Source: an uncultured bacterium (GTDB taxonomy: Bacteria; Patescibacteriota; Gracilibacteria; UBA1369; PNNO01). Taken from it: a DNA stretch of 32,000 bases. The stretch lies in contig OY969931.1 of the NCBI GenBank assembly GCA_963704705.1, positions 840,001 through 872,000 of the forward strand. The letters are read 5' to 3'. The first letter of the stretch is position 1, and each line of letters opens with the position of its first letter. This document shows, piece after piece, positions 20,161 to 29,284 of the stretch. A model generated the notes under the pieces. That model was not told where the DNA came from. It did no database searches and was given only the letters and a program-made list of their open reading frames with translations. Position numbers and translations under genes: made by a program.

Positions 20161-21420
20161 ATGAAGCACTTAAGGAAAGTAATTTTTACAATCTTTCTTA
20201 TAACGTGCTTTTTGGCAGGCTCTTCAAATGCTTTAGCTCAAAGTTTCAGCAAAGATATTTCAATAAATCCAAATAGCGTACGACTATCAACCGATCGCGT
20301 ACTTGAAGGCAATGCAGTTAGGATTTATGCAACAATAATAAATAACAGTGGATATGATTTAAGGGGCAATGTTCAATTTTATGATCAAACCGCAGGGAGA
20401 CAAATAGGAAGCGACCAGACAGTTTCAATTTTAGCAAATGGCTCAGATGATGTTTTTGTTGATTGGATCCCATATTTTGAAGGGACTCATTATATTCAGT
20501 TAAGCATTGATCCCTGGGAAGCTTCAGGCGACAATCCTGATAACAATTACGGCTCAATTAGCGCAAATGTTCTAAAAGATACGGATTGGGACGGAATAAC
20601 AGACGAAGATGATACTGATGATGATAATGATGGGGTATTGGATGAAGAAGACGACTTCCCTCTTGATTCAAAAGAGCAAATTGATACCGACGGCGACAGG
20701 ATAGGAAATAACGCTGATGAAGATGATGATAACGACAGTCATTTGGACGAAGAGGATGCTTTCCCTTTAAATCCAATGGAATGGGATGATACTGATAAGG
20801 ATGGGATTGGTGATAATGAGGACGATGACAATGATAATGACGGTTTAACTAATGATGAAGAACAAAAACTGGGTACTGACCCTCTAAATCCAGATAGTGA
20901 CGGAGACTCTGTTTTGGACGAAGAGGATGCTTTTCCTTTGGATCAATCCGAACAATACGATTATGATCTCGATGGCATAGGTGATAACAAAGACGAAGAT
21001 GACGATAATGATGGTGTTTTGGATGTAGATGACATCGATGATCACAATAAAGGCCCAATAATAGAAATCGCTGGAAATACTGCTTTTGCCTTTTTAAACA
21101 GAGAAATTAATTTAAGTGCTGTTAATTCCTTTGATGAAGACGGGGAAATTTTGGAGTATAAATGGTATGTAAATGGCGATGAACCCATCGAAAGTAAAGT
21201 ACTAAGTATGGTGGTTGAAGATAACAATCCCCAAAGTATCAAACTGGTGCTTGTAGATGACAAAAATGAATCGCGTGAGAGATATGTTGAACTAAGTGTT
21301 TTTGATTTGGATTTCTATTTAATAAGTTTTCTTTTATTAATCATAATTTTCCTTGCAATTATAATTAATATAAAGTATAGTTCATGGGCAAAAAAATTAC
21401 TTAAAAAGTTAAAGAAATAA
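20161..21420 (+). CDS. Secreted, C-terminally membrane-anchored protein with thrombospondin type-3-like acidic calcium-binding repeats
   Basis: Signal peptide ending ALAQS. An Ig/CARDB-like N-terminal segment. Repeated DxDxDGxxDxxD-type motifs ([60 protein letters not shown]) across 20578-21045. A PKD-like segment ([23 protein letters not shown]). C-terminal TM helix [20 protein letters not shown]. Confidence 0.6.
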   Translation: MKHLRKVIFTIFLITCFLAGSSNALAQSFSKDISINPNSVRLSTDRVLEGNAVRIYATIINNSGYDLRGNVQFYDQTAGRQIGSDQTVSILANGSDDVFVDWIPYFEGTHYIQLSIDPWEASGDNPDNNYGSISANVLKDTDWDGITDEDDTDDDNDGVLDEEDDFPLDSKEQIDTDGDRIGNNADEDDDNDSHLDEEDAFPLNPMEWDDTDKDGIGDNEDDDNDNDGLTNDEEQKLGTDPLNPDSDGDSVLDEEDAFPLDQSEQYDYDLDGIGDNKDEDDDNDGVLDVDDIDDHNKGPIIEIAGNTAFAFLNREINLSAVNSFDEDGEILEYKWYVNGDEPIESKVLSMVVEDNNPQSIKLVLVDDKNESRERYVELSVFDLDFYLISFLLLIIIFLAIIINIKYSSWAKKLLKKLKK

Positions 21421-21424
21421 GATC

Positions 21425-21871
21425 ATGAAAAAAGACGTACACCCAAAATATTATACAAATGCAAAATTCACTTGTGAATGCGGGAATGTTGTAGTTACAG
21501 GCTCAACTCTTGAATCATATAAAGTTGAAATATGCAGTGCTTGCCACCCTTTTTATACTGGTAAACAAAAGCTTGTTGATACAGCTGGTAGAGTAGAAAA
21601 ATTCATGGCTAAACGTAAAAAAGCTGAAGGTCCAAAAAAAGAAGATGAAATTTCAGAAACTGGTAAAAAAGCTAAAAAAGATGAAACTTATTTAACTGTT
21701 GATGAATTTAAAGCAATTAAAGAGAAAGAAAAGGATAAAGCAGTGAAAAGAGAAGTTAAAAAAACAGGCAGAGCGACTAAAGCGAGCCCTAAGGAGCGAG
21801 CGTCAGCGAGCGAAGCGAAAAAAAAACCAGCTGCTAAAAAGCCAACTGCTAAAAAAACCGCGAAAAAATAA
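21425..21871 (+). CDS. rpmE: 50S ribosomal protein bL31 (Zn-ribbon type) with a ~80-aa lysine/alanine-rich C-terminal extension
   Basis: [10 protein letters not shown]...CECG...[24 protein letters not shown] is a canonical L31 core of ~70 aa. The remainder is a charged tail ending [18 protein letters not shown]. Confidence 0.9.
   Translation: MKKDVHPKYYTNAKFTCECGNVVVTGSTLESYKVEICSACHPFYTGKQKLVDTAGRVEKFMAKRKKAEGPKKEDEISETGKKAKKDETYLTVDEFKAIKEKEKDKAVKREVKKTGRATKASPKERASASEAKKKPAAKKPTAKKTAKK
21766..21821 (+). repeat. GC-rich 56-bp dispersed repeat, copy B (in frame within the rpmE 3' tail)
   Basis: aggcagagcgactaaagcgagccctaaggagcgagcgtcagcgagcgaagcgaaaa encodes [18 protein letters not shown]. 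Similarity to copy A stops abruptly on both sides of the 56 bp. Confidence 0.9.
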
Positions 21872-21885
21872 TTTATCTTTTATAA

Positions 21886-23992
<2,107 letters not shown>

Positions 23993-23994
23993 AA

Positions 23995-24555
23995 ATGAAA
24001 AACCTAATAAATTATTTTTTTGAGATAGGGATGCTTAAAAAATACCATCACAATGGTGTTATGGCTGCAGGTGTAAAGATTCCCGATACTGTAGCGGAGC
24101 ATTCATTCAGGGCAGCGATAATTGCTTATGTTTTAGCTGAACTTGAAGGTGAGAACAGCGAAAAAGTAGCTTGTATGTTGTTGTTTCACGATGTTCCTGA
24201 GGCAAGAACCGGAGACCACAATAAAATAGCTCAAAGATATATTGATAGAGATGGAATTGAAGAAAAAGTATTAAAAGACCAAATTAATTTGCTGCCAGCT
24301 AAAGCAGCTAAAGCAATTGAAGAATACTGGATAACTGAACACAGAGGTTCAAATAAACTAGCAAAAATCGCATATGATGCGGACTTACTTGAAACAGCAA
24401 TACAGGCAAAAGAATATTTGGATACAGGATATCCAACAAAAAGCTGGATTGATAATATTAAAGTACATCTAAAAACAAAAAGTGCGAAAAAGCTTTTACT
24501 TGAGTTGGAAAAGACGCATTTAACTGATTGGTTTAAAAAGATTAAAAAACTTTAA
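23995..24555 (+). CDS. HD-domain phosphohydrolase (YfbR-like 5'-deoxynucleotidase family)
   Basis: HSFRAAIIAYVLA ... LLFHDVPEARTGD ... AYDADLLE matches the H...HD...D metal-ligand pattern of small HD hydrolases. The stop overlaps the tyrA start (TAATG). Confidence 0.7.
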   Translation: MKNLINYFFEIGMLKKYHHNGVMAAGVKIPDTVAEHSFRAAIIAYVLAELEGENSEKVACMLLFHDVPEARTGDHNKIAQRYIDRDGIEEKVLKDQINLLPAKAAKAIEEYWITEHRGSNKLAKIAYDADLLETAIQAKEYLDTGYPTKSWIDNIKVHLKTKSAKKLLLELEKTHLTDWFKKIKKL

Positions 24556-25379
24556 TGAAATTATTTAACAAAGCAATAAAAGATATAACCGTTGGATTCA
24601 TAGGCGGCAAAGGCCAGATGGCAAAGCTTTTTATTCCTTTATTTAAGAAAAAAGGCTTTAAAGTGATTATTTCTGATAAAGGAACAAAGCTTTCCAATAC
24701 GGAATTGGCCGAAATAGCTGATATTGTGATTGTTTCTGTGCCGATAATGAAAACCAAGGAGGTTATTCGAGAGATAATTCCTTTAACTCACGAAAAACAA
24801 TTGTTGATGGATTTCACTTCTTTGAAAGTCGAGCCGATTAATGAAATGTTAAAAGGCAAGGCTGAAGTAATTGGTCTTCATCCTATGTTTGGACCTAAAA
24901 TTTCGACTACCCAAAACCAAAGAATAGTGCTTTGTCCGGCCCGAACTGCGAACAAAAAATTTATCCAGAGTTTTCTTGAAGAACAAGGGCTTTTAGTGCA
25001 CGAAACAACACCGGAAAATCATGATAAAAACATGGGGGTAATTCAGGTTTTAATTCACTTTCATTCTATTTTGCTGGGTCATACTTTGCGCGACCTAAAT
25101 GTTGACTTAAATGAGCTGGAAAAATTTATGAGTCCTATTTATAAACTTGAATTTGGAGTAATTGCGCGTATGTTTTCTCAGGATCCGGACTTGTACGGAC
25201 CGATTTTAATGATGAATCCTGAAAAAAATTATATTATTGATTCCATTATGGTTAATACAAAAAATCTCGCGAATATTGTAGAATCCTCTAATCAAACGCT
25301 TTTTAGAGAATTCTTTATTAAGACATCAAAATACCTGGGTGAGTATAGTGAAATTGCATCGAAAATGATTAAAAGTTAA
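24555..25379 (+). CDS. tyrA: Prephenate dehydrogenase
   Basis: N-terminal Rossmann motif VGFIGGKGQMA and the TyrA-family hallmark GLHPMFGP. Length is 274 aa. Confidence 0.8.
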   Translation: MKLFNKAIKDITVGFIGGKGQMAKLFIPLFKKKGFKVIISDKGTKLSNTELAEIADIVIVSVPIMKTKEVIREIIPLTHEKQLLMDFTSLKVEPINEMLKGKAEVIGLHPMFGPKISTTQNQRIVLCPARTANKKFIQSFLEEQGLLVHETTPENHDKNMGVIQVLIHFHSILLGHTLRDLNVDLNELEKFMSPIYKLEFGVIARMFSQDPDLYGPILMMNPEKNYIIDSIMVNTKNLANIVESSNQTLFREFFIKTSKYLGEYSEIASKMIKS

Positions 25380-28300
25380 AAAAATCTGCGCATTTTATTT
25401 TTACTACTGATTCTGCATAAAGCTCACAAATTCTGGAACGATTATTCTTTCCACTAATTGCTTCAATTTCAACGAACCTTCTCCTTATCGCAGATATAGA
25501 TTTCCCAAGTTCTCTTGCCCATGCTTCAATTGTCCCGTATTTTTCTCCATTTAACTCAACAAATCCATTCTCATCAACATGTGGAAGGTCTACCAATAAA
25601 TCCACGCAAATATTTCTTATATCTGATTCACTATAAAAATCCCAAACTCCTCCATGTTTATTCTTCCCTTTAATTCCTTTAATCCCTAATAGTCTTTTCT
25701 TTATTGAATTAAATGAGATATCAAGTGCTTTTGCCCATCCTCCAATTGTTCCATGTCTTTCTCCGTCCACTTCAATGAATCCATTTTCATCAGCCTGTAA
25801 AAAATTTTCAATGAAATCAGAACATCTTTCCCTTACTATTGACCCCGCATAAAATTCACATATTCGGCCTCCTCCATCTTTACCTCTAATTCCTTCTAAT
25901 TCATTTAACCTTTTTTTAATTGCATTAGAGGAGATTGTTAATACCCTTGCCCAGGCCTCAATAGTCCCGTATTTTTCTCCATTTATCTCAATAAATCCAT
26001 TCTCATCAGCCTTTGGAAGGTCTGCCAATAAATCCGCGCAAATATTTCTTATATCTGATTCACTATAAAAATCACAAATTCCTCCTTTATTACTCTTACC
26101 TCTAATTTCTTTAATTCCAAATAGTCTTTTCTTTATTGAACGATATGAGATATTAAGTTCTCTTGCCCATCCTGCAATTGCGCCATACCTTTCTTCGTTC
26201 AATTCAAAAAAACCACTCTCATCAGCCTTAGGGAGATCTAACATTAAATCCGCACAACTTTTTTTTACTCTTGATTCCGGGTAAAATTTATGAATTCTCC
26301 CATTTTTATTTTTCCCATTAATTCCTTCTAAACCATTTAACCTTTCAAATATTACATGTCTTGAGACACCAAATTCTTTTGACCATAAATATAATGAACC
26401 ATACCTTTCTCCATCCAGTTCGAAAAATCCATTCTCATCAGATACAGGAACGTCTTCAAGTAAATCAAAGCATTTTTCTTTTATGCTTGATTTCGGGTAA
26501 AATTCATTTATTGCGCCTTTTATATTCTTACCTCTAATTCCTTCCACTCCATTTAATTTAACCTTAATTGTAGGTGAGGAGATACCAATTGTTTTTGCCC
26601 AAGCTCGAATTGTTCCATATTGTTGACCATTTAAATAGAAAAATCCATTCTCATCTGCTTGCAAAAAATCTTCCAGTAAATCAGAACATCTTTCCCTTAT
26701 TAATGACTCTGAGTAAAATTGGCAAATTGTACCTTTTTTATACCTCCCTCTAATTCCTTTAATCCCTAATAATCTTTTCTTTATTGAATTATGTGCGACG
26801 CCAAGTTCTTTTGCCCATCCTTCAATTGTTTGATGTCTTTCACCGCCCACTTCAAAAAATCCATTATCATCGGCCTGTGGAAGATTTTCAAGGAAATCAG
26901 AACATCTTTCCCTTACTGTTGACTCCGTATAGAATTCACATATTCGGCTTAACTTATCTTTACCTGCAACCCCTTCTATACCAACTAATTTTTTCTTAAT
27001 CGTAAAATGGTTAACACCAAATTCCCTTACCCATGTATTTATTGTCCCATATCTCTCCCCATCCAATTCAAACAATCCATGCTCATCTGCCTGCGGAAGC
27101 TCTTCTCGTAATTTAAGCTGCTCATAAATATCAACTTGTTCGACTTCGCGCACGTATATCTGAGGATTTTTTCCCAATAAGTGTTGCCTAATCATTGCAA
27201 CTTCATCTTGTACCGGACTTCCCACATCGCCACCGTGGAATCCCCCGTGTGAGTTTTGCAGACCAAGAATGCGTCCTTCTTTAAAATCCGGCCAGCAATC
27301 TAGTAAATCAGGCAATAAATATGGTCTGTACCTGTTTGATCTAGGAATTATTTGTGCAACAAGTGCAAACATCTTTTTAAATCCCTGTTGTGATAAATCA
27401 CTTTGCGCTCGTATCTGACGAAGAACTCTTCCGTGTCGTTGTTCAAGTTTTGTAGAAGATAATGTCGGATAAGCATCTATAAGACACCTTGCCCTTGGGA
27501 GATTTATACCTCTGCCACCCATCTCGCAAAGTACCAATATATCTACTTTCCCATCATTAAAATCCGTCATATCTCTTTTAATCTGTTCCGAACTCATGCT
27601 TTCACCTGTCCAACAACGAACTGTAACTCCTTTATCACCGAGTTTCTGTAAAAGTTCCAGTGTTGTGGCATAAGCCAGTTGGACACTTGGAACATATACT
27701 AAAGTCGGGAAATTTTTTCTATTTTCTTTTGGAACAAGGGCTTCATAAACTTCAGGAATAGCCTTTTGAATTTCTGCTTCTTTTAATGCTGTTTGCAGTT
27801 CTTTTTGGTCGTAATCATCCTTTATTACATTTAATTGGCTGTCATCCAAGTCCGCTTCGAACAAATAAAATAACGGCGGGACATTTATTCCTTTTAAAAT
27901 TCCTTCTTTTAAATTCATTTCGTGTATTTTTTCTCCCCAAATTTCAGAAATATCTCTGCCGTCAGGCCATTTTGATGTAGCGGTAAGGCCCACTTTTACG
28001 GGATATTGAAAACCATTTATAATTTCTTTTCTTTCATCCGTTAAAAACATATCCGCTTCATCTCCTATTAAAAGCCGCACCCTTTCCGAAGGTAATAATT
28101 TGGCTAAATCTTTCTTATTTTTTTGCATTGCCTGAATGCTCGAAACAATTAAAGGACGGTCAAGAACTTTCTTTCCACCGCCCCAAATGCCGGTATCAAG
28201 ACCCAAAAAGTCAAATTCCTCTCTAATCATATGAAGTAATGATCTTTCAGTTGTTAATATAACATCGTGAGAATCCTGAAGTCCTAATTCCTGTTTTGCT

Positions 28301-28632
28301 CTTTGAGATGCAATTGCGAGATTAGCTTCAAGTATAGTTTTACCAGAACCGCATGAATGAACTATTGAAAATGCTTTTCTGTTAACAGCAAGTGCTATAG
28401 CCGCAAGTTGCATTGCCTCCTGTTGATGCGGATCCATGATAAGATCCGGATTCTCATTTAAAGGAGTTAATGTATCTATTTGGCGTTCGCAATAATCCGC
28501 GAATTTTAGTTGATAATCGTCTTGCATTAAGATTATTTTACAGAGATTTATTTTAACCTTTTTCATACTTTTGTCAAGCAATAAGCCCCTGAAAATTTGT
28601 TCATTTACAGGGAGAGTATACCTATTGCGCAC
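25369..28632 (-). CDS. Superfamily-2 DEAD-motif helicase (ResIII/COG1061-like core) fused to eight C-terminal tandem 72-aa HTH-like repeats
   Basis: Helicase motifs: I HSCGSGKT, II LIGDEADMF, III GLTATS, VI QRHGRVLR. Residues ~512-1087 are eight in-register 72-aa repeats. The start is ambiguous: GTG at 28632 (longest ORF), ATG at 28566, or ATG at 28527. A minus-strand TTGACA-16nt-TAAAAT (28577-28551) would favour 28527. Confidence 0.8.
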   Translation of the reverse strand: MRNRYTLPVNEQIFRGLLLDKSMKKVKINLCKIILMQDDYQLKFADYCERQIDTLTPLNENPDLIMDPHQQEAMQLAAIALAVNRKAFSIVHSCGSGKTILEANLAIASQRAKQELGLQDSHDVILTTERSLLHMIREEFDFLGLDTGIWGGGKKVLDRPLIVSSIQAMQKNKKDLAKLLPSERVRLLIGDEADMFLTDERKEIINGFQYPVKVGLTATSKWPDGRDISEIWGEKIHEMNLKEGILKGINVPPLFYLFEADLDDSQLNVIKDDYDQKELQTALKEAEIQKAIPEVYEALVPKENRKNFPTLVYVPSVQLAYATTLELLQKLGDKGVTVRCWTGESMSSEQIKRDMTDFNDGKVDILVLCEMGGRGINLPRARCLIDAYPTLSSTKLEQRHGRVLRQIRAQSDLSQQGFKKMFALVAQIIPRSNRYRPYLLPDLLDCWPDFKEGRILGLQNSHGGFHGGDVGSPVQDEVAMIRQHLLGKNPQIYVREVEQVDIYEQLKLREELPQADEHGLFELDGERYGTINTWVREFGVNHFTIKKKLVGIEGVAGKDKLSRICEFYTESTVRERCSDFLENLPQADDNGFFEVGGERHQTIEGWAKELGVAHNSIKKRLLGIKGIRGRYKKGTICQFYSESLIRERCSDLLEDFLQADENGFFYLNGQQYGTIRAWAKTIGISSPTIKVKLNGVEGIRGKNIKGAINEFYPKSSIKEKCFDLLEDVPVSDENGFFELDGERYGSLYLWSKEFGVSRHVIFERLNGLEGINGKNKNGRIHKFYPESRVKKSCADLMLDLPKADESGFFELNEERYGAIAGWARELNISYRSIKKRLFGIKEIRGKSNKGGICDFYSESDIRNICADLLADLPKADENGFIEINGEKYGTIEAWARVLTISSNAIKKRLNELEGIRGKDGGGRICEFYAGSIVRERCSDFIENFLQADENGFIEVDGERHGTIGGWAKALDISFNSIKKRLLGIKGIKGKNKHGGVWDFYSESDIRNICVDLLVDLPHVDENGFVELNGEKYGTIEAWARELGKSISAIRRRFVEIEAISGKNNRSRICELYAESVVKIKCADFFNF
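25372..27099 (-). repeat. Coding tandem repeat array, 8 x 216 bp (72 aa), ending exactly at the stop codon
   Basis: Approximate unit consensus: LPxADENGFFELxGERYGTIxxWAKELGISxxSIKKRLxGIEGIRGKNKxGRICxFYxESxIRExCxDLLxD. D5, G8, W23, I34, G46, Y57, S60, C66 and D68 are invariant in all eight units. 8 x 216 = 1728 nt, which spans exactly 27099 down to 25372. Confidence 0.9.
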
Positions 28633-28649
28633 TCAATTTTTTATATTGT

Positions 28650-28681
28650 CAATGAAATCCCGTCCCGGGATGGAATCATTG
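28650..28681. other. Imperfect GC-cored palindrome/hairpin in the helicase-ruvA divergent intergenic region
   Basis: Outer arms caatga (28650-28655) and tcattg (28676-28681). Inner arms atcccg (28657-28662) and cgggat (28666-28671) around the loop tcc. This is the only GC-rich patch in an AT-rich 85-bp spacer. Confidence 0.3.
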
Positions 28682-28717
28682 GTTTTGAATAATTTAGTGA
28701 GATGCTATACTTAAACC

Positions 28718-29284
28718 ATGATTGCATATCTAACAGGAACAATTCATAAAAAGCTAGGTTCTAGCCTTATATTAACCGCAGGTGATGTTGGTTATCTGGT
28801 TAATGTTACGCAGACTTATCTTGGTGAAAATGAGCAGAACGATATTGCCGAGCTTTATATTCATACTGCCGTACGTGAAGATGACATAAGCCTTTATGGA
28901 TTTGAAAAATTTGAAGAACTTGAGGTATTTAAGCTTTTAATAAGCGTTTCAGGTGTTGGTCCAAAGTCAGCTCTCGAGATTCTTAACAATCCCCTTTCTT
29001 CAGTTAAATACGCAATTTCTAAAGGTGATAGTGCCCTTCTTGTAAAAACAAAGGGAATAGGCAAGAAGACCGCTGAAAGAATTGTTATTGATTTAAAAGA
29101 AAAGATAGGTGCATCTGAAAAACCTCAGGATTATAAAGTACCTGCCGACATTAACGAAGACGTTGTTTCAGCACTTGAGAATTTGGGCTACAGAAAGCAT
29201 CAAATCATTCAAAAATTAAAAGATATTCCTGAAGAAATTCAGGAACCTGAAGATATCATAAAATACTTCCTCCAAAATGCTTAA
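28718..29284 (+). CDS. ruvA: Holliday junction branch-migration complex subunit RuvA
   Basis: MIAYLTGTI... N-terminal OB domain. HhH motifs ISVSGVGPKSALEIL and TKGIGKKTAERIVIDLKEK. Length is 188 aa. Confidence 0.9.
   Translation: MIAYLTGTIHKKLGSSLILTAGDVGYLVNVTQTYLGENEQNDIAELYIHTAVREDDISLYGFEKFEELEVFKLLISVSGVGPKSALEILNNPLSSVKYAISKGDSALLVKTKGIGKKTAERIVIDLKEKIGASEKPQDYKVPADINEDVVSALENLGYRKHQIIQKLKDIPEEIQEPEDIIKYFLQNA

Noticed and set aside
25372-27099. Regular 216-bp periodic repeats that might be taken for a CRISPR-like or satellite array
   Set aside because: The period is far longer than CRISPR repeats and there is no repeat/spacer alternation. The whole array is one uninterrupted reading frame, contiguous with a helicase core, so it is a coding repeat.
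25369-28632. The solitary helicase as part of a restriction or anti-phage defence island, or a mobile element
   Set aside because: There is no adjacent methyltransferase, nuclease, integrase, transposase, tRNA or flanking direct repeats. The neighbours are core metabolic and repair genes packed with overlaps. A defence role cannot be excluded, but nothing in the window supports it.
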